A stretch of DNA of 64,000 nucleotides, taken from Octopus bimaculoides (taxonomy: Eukaryota). Below, piece after piece: positions 1-13,270 of this stretch (position 1 is the first letter of the stretch; every line of letters begins with the position of its first letter). The notes under the pieces were generated by a model, which was not told the DNA's origin, searched no databases, and saw only the letters and a list, made by a program, of their open reading frames with translations. The translations under genes were made by a program, and so were the position numbers. Location: NCBI RefSeq assembly GCF_001194135.2, contig NC_068981.1, positions 9,956,744 to 10,020,743 on the forward strand, given 5' to 3'.

Positions 1-172
1 TCATATTATATATATATGTATATATCATATTATATATATATGTATATATCATATTATATATATATGTATATATCATATTATATATATATGTATATATATA
101 TATATGGTTAAATTTACAGAAAAACAAACGATAAACAGGTGTATTAGCTTAACGCTCTGGAAGGCGAGAAAG

Positions 173-210
173 TCATTTACGTTTCGAGCTGACGCTCTTC
201 AACAGAGAGG
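173..210 (-). ncRNA. Candidate minimal type-I hammerhead-like motif (A6U variant) in a Penelope-type terminal repeat
   Basis: Minus strand reads CTGTTGA-A-GAGC-gtca-GCTC-GAAA-CGT-A: 4-bp stem II and palindromic ACGT stem III. Stem I pairing is poor in this copy. Confidence 0.35.
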
Positions 211-2054
211 AACACGAGGAAATAAACAGAGAGAGAATAAAAAAAACTTTTGGAGCTAGCGGTCAATCATATATCACATATCGTATATATGTACAGTATA
301 TGTGTGTGTGTGTGTGTGTGTGTATACTATAATACAATATAACATATATGTATGAGTGTATGCACACACATATGTACGTACACAGGTGGACACGCTGATA
401 TACGTACCTATAAACGCATAGTATTGTGTATTCATAATACACAATACTCATCTATTACTTGAATATTAATGCTACCCTAACACCATTATATATCCCTCTC
501 ACATTATGCCAAGCTAGTTCCTTACCTCGTAACTTTTATTTTTACTAAAACGTAGTTACTGTTCAGGCTATATAATTAGCATTATCCTGCGTTTGAGAAT
601 ATATATATATATATCGTTTCAGAGGGTTTTTCACCACCATTCCGGTACAGACTGTATTCTTACTTCCTTTAGTAAAGAGGTTTTGTGCCTCGAGCCAGCG
701 TGTGTGATGAGTTACTTATCTTGCTAAAAGGCTAAAAGCAATAACCGGCGTAAAACCACTGGTAGCTTTCTGACCGGACATAACCAACGACTACGTGTGT
801 GTCTAATGAAGCAATCCCAGTAATGATATTCTGAATGCATTTCATACATACGTTTCAGATAGTTGCGCAATAGATAAGGGAACTTCATCTCTTACGTAAC
901 ATCTTCAGTTAAGGCATATCAATATATGTGTGTGTGTGAGTGTTTTGTACTTATGTCTACTGTTGCAAATTGGGGGAACGTATAAACTGTAAAACTCAAA
1001 TTACCAGTAACTTAGCCTTTCGAAAGAAAGAGTACAATAAATTAGTTCCAGGTTTATATATGTGCATAGTTCGATATGATCTGTATAATCCCTAAAATCT
1101 AATGCTCTAGCATGGTTTCTGTTCATTGACTGAGTCTAGTAAAATAATAAATTAGAGTGTGTATATTTACATGCACGTATATGTGTGTGTGCTTGTATGC
1201 GTGTGTGTTTTGTGATAGCTAGGCCAATTAGTATTGTAAATAGCTTTAGTTTATGACGTGTTGTTGATATCCTTGACAAATGAGGCTATATAAACATACA
1301 CTCTGTCATATTGTGATATGAGATAAGAAAAAAAATATATTATATTATATGCAACATGTAATTTGGAGACAGCAATTTGTGATTGCATTTGCGTGCGTTG
1401 TGTGTGTAGCCTAGGTTGTGTGCACACGTGTATGTGTTAGTGTGCGTTATGTTGTGTTTGTATCTTATTTGTTTTATATTTTTGTACTATTTATAAGTTA
1501 TGTTTGGATATTTTTACTATTAAACTTCTACAATAATTGTTCATATTTTCCACGTTTTTGTGACTTGTACTTTTTTTTAAAAAATATTTTCATAATGCAT
1601 TTTGTGAAAAACTCGTGTCGTATTAAGTTTTGTGCTGCCGAGTACCACTTGATGCAAAAGTGTGCTTGATTAGTCAATGTGAAAGATCAAGCATGAGATT
1701 GATATTGATATCAAACAGCATCAAATATGTTCTGCTTGCTGCCTTTCTGTTTGGATCAAAGATGGAAAAAAAGTCGTTGTATTGCGGGTTTTGTAGCCAT
1801 ACCTGCCTGTACTCAACTACATCTACAGTATTTCTTGTTGTCTTGCTATAACCGCCAACAACGTTTGTTGAATCCAGACTGAATAGAAAATTAATATCCC
1901 CTCAATGCATTCCTTGTGGAATTGCACGTAGATAGGAAATGTGTTATGATGAAAGCAATTCCTCTCTCGTGAAAATTTCCCACTGAGTAGCTGAGTAGTC
2001 CACAATTAAGTCTAAAATTGATTTCAAATATTGATTTCAAAGTTGCAATAAATA

Positions 2055-2336
2055 TTGGCTTCAAATTTTGGCACAAGGACAGCAAATTCAGGAGAGGGAT
2101 TAAATCGATTACATCGACCTTAGTGCTGAACTTGTCCTTTCTTTATCGAGCCCGAAACTATTAAAGACAAAGTCAACCTCGGCTGAATTTGAACTCAGAA
2201 TGTATAGACTGGCGAAATGTCTTGCCTGTACTCAACTGTATTTCGCTTGGCGAAATACAGTTGAGTATTCGCTTGGCGTACTAACGATTTAAGTATTTCG
2301 CTTGACGTACTAACGATTCAGCCATCTCACCGCCTT
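2055..2336 (-). mobile_element. tRNA-derived SINE, family A (Meta/MESC-like core), carrying a templated-insertion scar
   Basis: Matches the family core seen many times in the window (gcctttcatcctttcggggtcgataaattaagtaccag, here antisense). It is interrupted at 2218-2320 by a hairpin and a duplication. Confidence 0.8.
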
Positions 2337-2439
2337 ACTGAGTTTATTATTTAAAAAAACCCAGAGTCATAGTAATGTTTAGAAACTATGCAACAACATT
2401 AGGAGACTCACTGCTCAGCTCTTAAATAACAATGACCTT

Positions 2440-3120
2440 TGACAATGGTGACGTTATTATTGCTATCTTAAGCATAGCGATATGCTGTGCTGTTATCTGA
2501 AGCATGGACGGCGAGATGATTATCAAAGGACGATTCTACTGATTCTGCTGTGATTGATGCTTATGATATCCATGATGATGTTGATAATAATGATGGTGGC
2601 ACTGTTGATCGGAAGTATTTCAGCCGTTATCAATGTGCTTTATAACTATGAATAGAAGGTGAGTTAAGACGGGTAGATAACCCAAACATAAATTAACCAT
2701 CGTTAGCAATAAGAAAAACACTGCCATCAATAACACCCCATTCAGCAGCAGCAACAACGTCAGCAGCAACTGCAGCGTCATCAATAATAACAACAAAGTA
2801 ACATTAATTATCAGCACAGAACGAAAGCCATTAACAACAAACTACCAAACAAACTGCTTCCATCGCCACCGCGTTCAACGTAGCATCACCATCAACAGCA
2901 CCAACGGCAATATCAATGAAAATAGCAAAACAAATGAGAAGATAAGATCATCCACAAGAACATACAATGTCACCCGCCACCACGATTAACATAAACACCA
3001 AAAACAATAAAGATATAAATAATAATGAAAAATTTATAAAACACACAAACAAATAGCAACTAAAATGTGTTCTCCACCATCTACTCAATCAACAGCAAAA
3101 ACAAAGAGTTAAAACAAAAA
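2440..3120. repeat. Degenerate trinucleotide low-complexity tract (ATG/ATC, AAC, AGC)
   Basis: Runs such as gatgatgttgataataatgatggt and cagcagcagcaacaac. Confidence 0.7.
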
Positions 3121-6100
3121 CAATTTGAACATTTATCGATTATATTAGCAATTTTTTTTTTTAAATTTGTAAATTAAAAGTTAACTGATGAAATCAATGG
3201 TGCGGAGTTATTTTCGAAATACCGCCATTTTCAGTTGTTTAATCATCACATAACCCCGGCACCTATAGATATTTGTTTTATTCAATTAAACTTTTAGCTT
3301 TTGCATTGTTAGCAGGATTTTACTGATATATTTTTTATTTAGTTTGCTCTCTTGTAGATTTATGCGTATACACGTAGCTCTGTGTTTACACAGCCATGGC
3401 TGTGTGTATGTATGTACATCTATTTGTGCATGCTCGTACTAACATACGTTATCTATGCGCTTGCATGTTTCTTATCTTAATACATTATTGTATATAATTT
3501 CTCTGTTTATCTGTATATTGATTCTGGTTTAGCATTACTTTGGCTCTTACTCTGTCTTTCTCTCATATTTGCATCAATAAATCGCAATGCACGGACCGAC
3601 ATGTTAAAGCGTTAGACGAAATCGCTCGTAGATTTGGTTGCTTCCCATCTTTTATCTTCAGTTCAAACCCTGCGGAGATCCCCTTTGTCTTTCTTCTTTA
3701 ACGAGTTCATAAAAGAAGTACCGTAGCTGATTAAATCAACTATATCCTTTCTCCAAAATGTATGTCCCTGTACCTTAACCTTCGTATGAATACTTAGTGA
3801 AAACAAACTGCAGAATACTTAGAAACACACCTCGAAACAACGAATTATGCAACACCATTTCTCTGTTTAGATTTCATCAAAATCGATTTCGTCTTTTATA
3901 CTTCAAGAAAAGTTTGTTGTTAATATTCCGGGACGTATCCGGTTGATTAGACAACTCACATAGATGTTTTTGTCCTCTAATGAACCACCTTTACATGAAT
4001 ACCTGAATTCCGTATTACATAATATAAAAGTATTCTACACCTGAGACTTCAACATGTATGACAATGTTGTAGCCATTATTATATCAAAACAATTGTTTGT
4101 TTGACTGGATTCTTTTCAGTATAAATTATTTTTTCTCTAATGTTGACAAACGAGGAGACGAAGAAATGGTGATCAGAGAAACCATTCAATTTAAATCCAA
4201 TTTCATATTGCACACAATTTCTAACTTCTACGCTGTTTAAATATATCTTTCTTTTATGCTTATTACAGTTGTTTTCAGATTGTATCGTCACGGTGTGAGG
4301 TTAAGATATTTTGTCTTAAGCAAACGTATAGGAGTCTAACTAAACACCAAAAATCACTGGTGCCTGGTTTCTGTAAAGCATGTATGTCACAATTTAAATA
4401 CATATTCTTAACAATGTTTAGGTTACAGAATGACAATAAAAACTCTAACTAAAATATATTCCTAAGAACTATTACTGAAAATGTCTTTCAATGAGAAGAA
4501 AACAAAGAATTAATTATTCTATAATGAAACGCCGCTGAAATCGGAAGTGGTGACATACTTATGTAGTACTTTGTGATACCAAATACAAAAAAATACTTCA
4601 AGTAAAATAAAAGCCGGTTTTAATTTAACTGAAATGCTTCAAGCTGACACTACAAGCCATTACTTAATGCTTTACAAGAACTCATTATAAAAGCAATAAT
4701 TTCCTAAATGTTTCCAAGAAATTGTGCTAAAACTGATTAGCAAAATGAATTAGCTATTCCTTCTAATATTATCATTAAAGAAGATGATTTGAGAGCAGAA
4801 ATGCTTAAGCGCCGAAATAAATGCCTTAGAGTCTTTAAATTCTCCCACAACCTTCGTGAGTAGCATTACCGCAGAATTCACATTGCCATTTATCCTTCAA
4901 GGTTAATTAAATAATTGTCAATAATACACTGATATTGATTCACTCAAACCTTATCTGTGAGGAAATACCTCAAAAATAGTCGTCGATTAAATTAAACTCA
5001 GGGAAAGTTAAATCAATATTAATACAAGAAGCGACAAAATTTATCAACAGCTATCTGATCGTGCCAGAGAAAAATGTACTAATATTATATCAGCGTTAAA
5101 CAGTTTTAATAAGCGTATAAGTCATGAGAGACCACTCTTAATCCTTCTGAAAATGAGAAGTATTTGACAAAACAAATTATTTATACAAATTCATAGCCGG
5201 ATTTATGAAAAATCTCCAATAAATAAGACATTTCCGAGGATGTTTTTGTGAACAAGCTGCGAAAATTCTGATTAATAATTCAAACATTCCAATCAATAAT
5301 TCAAAGTTATCATCATTAATTCAAAATATTCTACAGAAAAATTATAATACAATTATTAATGACATTAAAAATAGTTCCAGGTCACTTGGTTAATCTGACA
5401 TAACATGATCTTCCACCTGCAACTTATACAACGAAAATACAATTTAACATCACATGTATTAGATTTAATTAATTCGATAATAATCAAAGTTATGGAAACA
5501 ACTATGGTAAGAAGAGTTATAAAATAAACAAAAAGCATAGATATTACACAGACAATTCCCGCACACTCTGCACACCATGGAGTCACTACGGAGTCAATTA
5601 TATTAATGATAAATTCATTAGTTAAGAAGCCTTTGGCAATTATAAATCGTTCACTTTTAATTGCTTTAAATGTGATGCACTTAATTTATTCCTTACATCA
5701 TAAGAAATTCAACATGTAGAAATACATGCAGTTATATATTTTCATTACAAAACTTTACTAGTTATTTTACAATCACAACAATTACGCTTCTAATAAAGAG
5801 CATATCTTAAATGAACGAGTGAAATAGACTTGTTAATGTCTGATATCTTTGCTTTCCTTACATCTCAATACAGCTTTCTCACTTTGTTTTCAAATGAGCC
5901 GTCCTCTTGTCGTCTATACCATAGACTCTATGGTACTAACATTCTTGATAAAAAAAAAAGAAAATTAAGAAACATACATGAAGGTCATAGTGCCATTTTC
6001 TTCTCTTTAAACATTTGTATCTGTTTCTCAACAAAAGTCAGTATTTTTTTAATTATGAAACCTTATCAATTATGTTTATGGCTTAGTCAGAAGTTGGAAG

Positions 6101-6968
6101 GCAGCATCCATGACTTTCAAGGAGTTTCAAAGTGTGGTAGGAGGAAGGAAAATGAGGAAGCTCTTTTGAGGGCAATGGCCTGGTTGGAAGACGTGCAACA
6201 GAATGGATTCCCCTTAAAGCATTGAAGCTTTTGGGAGCCAGGTGATCGTGTTAAAACGGGGGAAATATTACGTGCTTAGAAGGTACTTTTCCATTGAACT
6301 TGCTTCAACATATTTCAGCTAAATCCTGTGCCATAATTTACGTGTCCAGATATGTTGTTTACATTCATATAAGTCTGTTATATTAGAAATAAACAAACAG
6401 GCTATGACTGGAATAATTAGAGACAAAAAGATGGACGATCATAAAACAAGCAACCCTTGGGTAAATCTAAATATTTATATACGCGTATTTTAGGAGTGCA
6501 TTTGTAAAACTAAAGAATGAGGTTGCAGAATAAGACTACCACCAAGTGTAAATTCACAACACGCGACTAGAAAATAATTCTGTTAATTATGTCAATAAAT
6601 ATGTAACATAACACAAATCCTAGATTTACATGAAAAATATCACGGCGTAGAACATACGACTGGAATATTTGCTACCGTCAGGTTTTAATGCATGTTTTCT
6701 GTCTTATCTTTGTACTCTCGTTATTTCTTCGAAGAAAGAAGAGAAGTTAAAAATATTTCAAGGTGGCTTGTAAAACACTTATTTCTAGTACACTTGCTCT
6801 TGATTTCTAACTTGAAATTCCTTATATAAACATCCTATAGCTACATGATAAAGATGTTTTACGTCTTTATTCTGAAGAATATTTTTTTCGTATCATCAAC
6901 ACAAACAGTTGTCAGCTACCCACCAATTGTCCATATTATATCATATTGGAACGATTAGTTTACAAAAA

Positions 6969-7030
<62 letters not shown>

Positions 7031-7291
7031 GTACGGACCTTTAAGGAGGAATTTATTTAACGAGTTATTTAAGGACAAATTTGAATATGGACTGGACTTA
7101 GAGACGATGTTTTGTTTACCTTTTGTTCTTAAACCTTTTTTTTCCCCTGAAGACGTGTTAGGCAATTTATATGTTTGACTTAAATTTGACAGTTAAATAT
7201 AGCCTTATACAGAAATGTTGACATAGGAATAAATTTCAATAATAATAATGGATATTAGCGTTAAAACTCTCTTTTAAATTTAAAATTTTGG

Positions 7292-7324
<33 letters not shown>

Positions 7325-7547
7325 TATTTACGTAATACCTCATTAAGGAGTGTGTTAAGTGGATGTGATTGTCTTTACAATAGTTTTATTGATAATTGTT
7401 TATCGAGATCAGGGGAAATTCTGTCAAGATAAACGTTATAAATGAATAATTCACCTCTGGCATATTATTGTTACTAATTGGTTCTTCATTAAGAAAGAGT
7501 TGAGACCTAGAAACTTGAATCCCTATCCAACGAAATTATGTGAGGAT

Positions 7548-7765
7548 AATAGTGGTTTCAAATTTTAGCACAAAGTCAACAATTTCGGGAGAGGGAGTAA
7601 ATCGATTTCGTTAACCCCATTTGAACAATGGTACTTATTTTATAGACCCCCAAAGGATGAAGAGCAAAGTCGACCTTTATGGAATTTGAACTCAGAACAC
7701 AAAGACGGACGAAATGCCGCTAAGCATTTTGTCCAGCGTGCTAATGATTCTGCCAGCTCGCTGGT
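7548..7765 (-). mobile_element. SINE family A copy
   Basis: Antisense match to the family consensus (gaatttgaactcagaac...aagcatttt...gctaatgattctgccagctcgc). Confidence 0.85.
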
Positions 7766-8071
7766 GAAATTAATGAAATTTAAGTCATTGATACTGTTTT
7801 GTTTCATAGTACTTTATTAATAATACATTGTTAATTCAATTAGTGATTCTCTCAGGAAAACTGAACGGATTAGTTCCAATTTAACACAAATAAATGGAAA
7901 TTATACTGAGCGATAAGAACACCTTTCTTTTAGATGTATTCGAAACACAGGGAGTGCACTTAAGAGGAGTATAAACACAACGTGTGACTTAGCGAATATA
8001 TCGTGGCTTCGTAATCTGCCATTGATATTGCAATGGTCGACATTCAAAATATGTAACTCTCGCTGACATAG

Positions 8072-8177
8072 GCATAGGTGCAGGCGTGGGTGGGTGGCCA
8101 GAAGACATGCTTCCCAACGATATGGTACCAGGTTCAGTCTCAGTCTGCTATAGTCTCAGACCAACCGAAGCAGCCCG

Positions 8178-8221
<44 letters not shown>

Positions 8222-8300
8222 GTTAATGTGTGTGTGTGTACATATATGTGTGTGTATATATCTGTGTGTGTATATATATGTGTGCGTGTGTGTGTATATA
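8072..8300 (+). mobile_element. SINE family C (tRNA head plus internal microsatellite), 5' part running into a gap
   Basis: Head gcaggcgtgggtgggtggccagaag...ggttcagtc followed by aagcagcccgtc(TA)n/(TG)n, as in the other copies. Confidence 0.7.
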
Positions 8301-8990
8301 NNNNNNNNNNNNNNNNNNNNNNNNNNNNNNNNNNNNNNNNNNNNNNNNNNNNNNNNNNNNNNNNNNNNNNNNNNNNNNNNNNNNNNNNNNNNNNNNNNNN
8401 NNNNNNNNNNNNNNNNNNNNNNNNNNNNNNNNNNNNNNNNNNNNNNNNNNNNNNNNNNNNNNNNNNNNNNNNNNNNNNNNNNNNNNNNNNNNNNNNNNNN
8501 NNNNNNNNNNNNNNNNNNNNNNNNNNNNNNNNNNNNNNNNNNNNNNNNNNNNNNNNNNNNNNNNNNNNNNNNNNNNNNNNNNNNNNNNNNNNNNNNNNNN
8601 NNNNNNNNNNNNNNNNNNNNNNNNNNNNNNNNNNNNNNNNNNNNNNNNNNNNNNNNNNNNNNNNNNNNNNNNNNNNNNNNNNNNNNNNNNNNNNNNNNNN
8701 NNNNNNNNNNNNNNNNNNNNNNNNNNNNNNNNNNNNNNNNNNNNNNNNNNNNNNNNNNNNNNNNNNNNNNNNNNNNNNNNNNNNNNNNNNNNNNNNNNNN
8801 NNNNNNNNNNNNNNNNNNNNNNNNNNNNNNNNNNNNNNNNNNNNNNNNNNNNNNNNNNNNNNNNNNNNNNNNNNNNNNNNNNNNNNNNNNNNNNNNNNNN
8901 NNNNNNNNNNNNNNNNNNNNNNNNNNNNNNNNNNNNNNNNNNNNNNNNNNNNNNNNNNNNNNNNNNNNNNNNNNNNNNNNNNNNNNNNNT

Positions 8991-9330
8991 CTATCTATCT
9001 ATCTATTTATCTATCTAATCTGTCTATCTATTTATCTAATCTATCTATCTATTTATCTAATCTGTCTATCTATCTATTTATCTATCTATCTAATCTGTCT
9101 ATTTATCTATATATCTAATCTGTCTATCTATCTATCTAATCTATCTATCTATTCATTCTATTTATCTACCTAATCTATCTATCCGTCTATCCATCTATCT
9201 ATTTCTCTATCTATCTATCTATTTCTCTCTCTATATATCTATCTATCTAATTTATCTATCCGTCTATCCATCTAATCTATCTATCTATCTAATCTAATCT
9301 ATCTATCCGTCTATCTATCCATCTATCTAT
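8991..9330. repeat. (ATCT)n / GATA-type microsatellite array
   Basis: Direct reading of the sequence. Confidence 0.95.
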
Positions 9331-9861
9331 CTCCAGTTCTATCTCTGACGTCCACAGATTCTAGCGAGAGCGCCAACGGAGAAGGGACAGGTGAACTCAC
9401 TCAGTGTATCACAGTTGCTATTTCTCTCGTTGTTCTCTTATTTCTCCTATTGCTAATGGTGTGTAACCAATTGCGATGTTCGTGGGGCGCTTGTGTGTAT
9501 TGATATTCTAGCTATTTATGCGTGTATGTCTTTACGTCTGTCTGTAAAGAGGTATAGAGAGTAGAGACGGTTGAATGCTCAAAGCAGCGTAATCAGTGTA
9601 TAATTCATTCATATTCCTGTCATTTGCAGCGCTCCAATAGACAACTCGTATTGTCAGTGTTCGGATGTGTAAGATCTATAAGCTGTTTACGCTCCTTAAT
9701 ACTTTGTATTAATATGAATAATTGTTTAGTAGTTCAAACAATCCTATGCTTCATGGGTTCAAAGTATTAATCAAATCCATATTAGAATTATCACTCTTAG
9801 AAGTAAATAATTATACGAGCAGATTCACTGTGACTTTAATTGTCATTATTAAATATTATTA

Positions 9862-11150
9862 GAAGGCGGGCGAGCTGGCAGAATCGTTAGCACGCTGAAC
9901 GAAATGCTTAGCGGTATTTCGCCCGTCGCTACATTCTGAGTTCAAATTCCGCCACGGTCGATATTGCCTTTCATCCTTTCGGGGTCGATAGAATAAGTAC
10001 CAGTTGAACACTGGGGTCGATGTATTCGACTCATCCCCGCCTCCCCCAAGCTGCTCATGTGACCAAAATTTTAAATAATTATTAAATACGATAAAGATGG
10101 TCGCAAGGTGGCGAAATGGTAGAATCGTTAGCACGCTGGACGGATTGCTTAGCGTCATTTCGCCTGTCGATACGTTCTGAGTTCAAATTCTGCCGAGGTC
10201 GAGTTTGCCTTTCATCCTTTCGGGGTCGATGAATTAAGTACCAGTGAAACACTGGGGATCGATGTAATCGACTTAATACCCTCCTCCAAGCCGCTCTTGT
10301 GGTAAAATTTTGTAATAATTATCATAACGGTGGTGATCTGGTAAAATCGTTAAGCACGCCGAGCAAAAAGCTTAGCGGTATTTCGTCTGTCTAATATTTT
10401 CCGGATCTTTTCGTTCTGGCTTCAAATACCACCGCAGTTGACTGTTTTCAATTCTTTCGAGTCGATTAAAATGAATACTAGTTGAACAGTGGAGTCGCTG
10501 TAAACGACTTACCCTATCTCTTAAAATCGCAGGCCATGTACCAAAATTTAATACCATTATTTGATGACAAGGCGGCGAGCTGGCAGAGTCGTTAACACGC
10601 CGGGCGAAATGCTTAGTGATATTTCGTCTGTCTTCACGTTCTGAGTTCAAATGCTGCTGGGGTCAACTTTGCCTTTCATCCTTTCGGGGTCAATAAATTA
10701 AGGACCAGTTACGCACTAGGGTCGATGTAATCGACTAGCCCCTTCCCACAAAATTTCAGGCCTTGTGTCCATAATAAAAATTATTATTAATTATTTGATG
10801 GCGATTAATTAGCAGGATCGTTCGAGTGCCGAACAAAATACCTCACCTTATTTAGTTACCAACCTTTACATATTAGAGTTCAAATCTCGCCGAGATCAAT
10901 TTTTGAGAGTTGACTAATGAAAATACAAGTCAATTACTGTTGTCGAGCCTATTGACTAATCCTCTTCCATCAAAACTGCTGACGTTGTGCCAAAATTAGA
11001 AACAATTTTCCAATATCATTTTGATTAGTAGTGATTATTATTAGTGTTTATTGATTATTATTATAAATGTTAGAAATTAAGTTGGCGAGCTGGCAGAAAC
11101 GTCAGTACGCCGGACAAAATACTTAGCGGCATTTCATCAGATTTTAGGTT
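9862..11150 (+). mobile_element. Head-to-tail cluster of about 5.5 SINE family A copies
   Basis: Heads (ggcggcgagctggcagaatcgttagcacg-like) near 9864, 10105, 10330, 10570, 10800 and 11083, about 230 bp apart, with short ATT/AAT-rich linkers. Confidence 0.85.
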
Positions 11151-11159
11151 CTGAATGAG

Positions 11160-11420
11160 GTGCGGTTGTAGCTGTATGGTAAGAAGCTTACTCCCAACGA
11201 CATGGTTTCGGATCTACTGCAGCCTCTGGCCAACCAAAGTATTGAGTCGATTTGGTAGACAGAAGCTGAAAGCAACCTATAGTGTGTGTGTGTGTGTGTG
11301 TCCCCATAATTTCAGCGGTAGAATAAGTACCAGTTTTAAAAACAAAATAAGTACTGGGTTCGCTGAAGTCGACTATCACCCTCCTTCGAAATTTCAAGCC
11401 GTGTGCTTCTAGTACAGAGT
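11160..11420 (+). mobile_element. Chimeric SINE: family C head plus (TG)n joined to a family A-type tail
   Basis: Head tgcggttgtagctgtatggtaagaagc; tail gtagaataagtaccag...actgggttcgctgaagtcgactatcaccctccttcgaaatttcaagccgtgtgc. Confidence 0.55.
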
Positions 11421-12329
11421 ATTATTAGTGTTACAAATTAACATTGAATATGGATTGGATAAAATACCTGTACATGGCCGCGAGCTTGCTTTATTCAAGT
11501 TTCAGCTTCGATCCTGCAACGCACACCTTTGAAATAGTGCCTATTTTCTTAGTTTCCGGTTGGCGAAAATCTTTTGGGGGAAATTTGCTAGATGTAAACC
11601 GTGCAGAAGCTTGCACAAGTGATCGTTTATGTTTTGGGACGGTAGACGTAATCCATCATCCACCACCACAACCACCAACCAGCCCTTGGTGACTTTAGTG
11701 GAGTCCGCTTAAATACAAGCATTCACAGCAGGTTTCCGCTCTGTTGACAACTTAATCCCTTTCATTCATCAGTCACGAAGGCTCTTTAAATGGCCATGTA
11801 CGCTGCTCTTCTTTCCGACTAAGTCATAAAGTATCACGAATAAATATTTTCTTCGGTTATTCAAAAAGGTTACAGATTGTTTTGCCATCTCTGCTGTCGT
11901 GTAACTATTTAATATTGATTTCTTTAATAGGATTAAGCATATTGATTTATAGAAAGAGTAAATGAGATTAGATGATATCCACTCTGTTGTAAGCATTTGA
12001 ACTACATCCTTGGTCTGAGAATATCACTCACTTCCCCATCCCCCAACAATTTTTAAGAGCCTACACAAAGGTCATAAACGCTTCCTTTACTCCTCTGAAT
12101 AAAACATAACAAATGGATATTAGAAATCAATCGTAATAGAAAATATATATTAGTATGAATGCTTCATTTATAGTGAATAACTAACTTAGTAACGAATATT
12201 TCAATAAAATATCTGAACAATGCAGCATTACATAGTTTAGTGACAGTTCTTCAGAAATATACAGATTTATTTAGTTTGCTTTGCTTGTTTTGTCGGATGC
12301 GGGGTGGGGTGGTGGCACTGTTCTCAAAG

Positions 12330-12620
12330 GCCGGCGAGCGTAGTACTTTTAATAGGATGTTTAAACTGTTGCAGCTTAACACCTGAAAGAAGGACTCTGA
12401 CAGCAAGAAAGCTCCAGGGATCCGCTGTTCTGTGGGGAAAGGACTGGGATTTATGGTTGTGTGGAAAGAGTGACGTATAAAGAGTGACGAGTGATGGAAA
12501 GGTGGGAAGGATAAGGACACCTGAGAAATAGAGGTACAAGACCAGCCAGCTCCGAGAACCAAAAGCCATAATTGTAATGGGAGAAATAAACATAGAGAAA
12601 GAAGGTAACACGCTTAGGGG
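12330..12620 (-). mobile_element. Penelope-type terminal or non-autonomous repeat (related copy at 38800-39030)
   Basis: Shares the pyrimidine-rich body and the caggtgtt...caacagtttaaac end with 38800-39030. A degenerate CTGA..GA...GAAAGCTC motif lies on the opposite strand. Confidence 0.4.
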
Positions 12621-12949
12621 AAAGCGGCTGAAACGGGTCCGTTAATGACTGAGTACCAACTGACCTTCTCTAGATGCAATCATGTCTGGATGCATTGTTG
12701 AAGCAGTGCAAGTCGAGATGTATAGGCAGGAATTCGCTGCGGTACTCACGTGAACTTTGTAGAATGTTAGCAATAGTTGGAGTCTGAAATATTTTGAAGC
12801 CGTGATGAGAAGGGCCAGTGTAGCAAATATACCCAAATATACTTCGAAACACATAGTCAGCTAATAACAGATAATGTGGCATGAGATCACTGAATATCTT
12901 AATAATTACCTACGAAGTTATTCATTGTAAATTATTCGGTGTGGGGAGT

Positions 12950-13270
12950 GAAGGTACGTGGTCAAGTGGTTAGAGTGTTCAGCTCAAGCTTGTAAGGTTG
13001 TGTGTTCAATTCCCGACGGTGCGCTGTATCGTTGAACAAAACACTTTGTTTCACGTTCCTCCAGTCCACTCAGCTTCCACAATTAAGTTGTATCTATATT
13101 TCAAAGGGGTTGCCTTGCCACATTCTGTGCCACGCTGAATCTCTCTGATAACTTTGTTACGGGTACGCGTGTCTTTCGAGTGCTCAGCCACTTGCACGTT
13201 AATTTCACAAGTTGGCTGTTCTATTGATCGGCGCAACTGCAATCTCGTTGTCGTAACCGACGTAATGCCG
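12950..13270 (+). mobile_element. SINE family B (tRNA head; OR/CORE-SINE-like)
   Basis: A/B-box head tggtcaagtggttagagtg...gttcaattcc; body tttcaaaggg...cacgctgaatctc...gagtgctcagccacttgcacgttaatttcac. Confidence 0.85.

Noticed and set aside
1803-1878. Minus-strand 76-nt exon candidate (LDSTNVVGGYSKTTRNTVDVVEYRQ)
   Set aside because: Isolated, with no recognisable homology or supported partner exon. The plus strand resembles a decayed RTE tail.
5917-5935. 9-bp inverted repeat taccataga-c-tctatggta
   Set aside because: Within chance expectation for 64 kb of AT-rich sequence
8078-9173. Long ORFs spanning N-gaps (also 17.4-18.3, 32.7-33.2, 37.4-38.1, 40.1-40.5 and 62.0-62.5 kb)
   Set aside because: They are open only because N codons and (TA)/(TG)/(ATCT) repeats contain no stops
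9862-11150. Regularly spaced repeats as a CRISPR-like array
   Set aside because: The units are about 200-bp tRNA-derived SINEs in a eukaryotic context, with no short conserved repeat and unique spacer structure and no cas genes
12032-12094. 63-nt minus-strand segment with strong splice sites
   Set aside because: Stops in all three frames, and it resembles a decayed SINE tail
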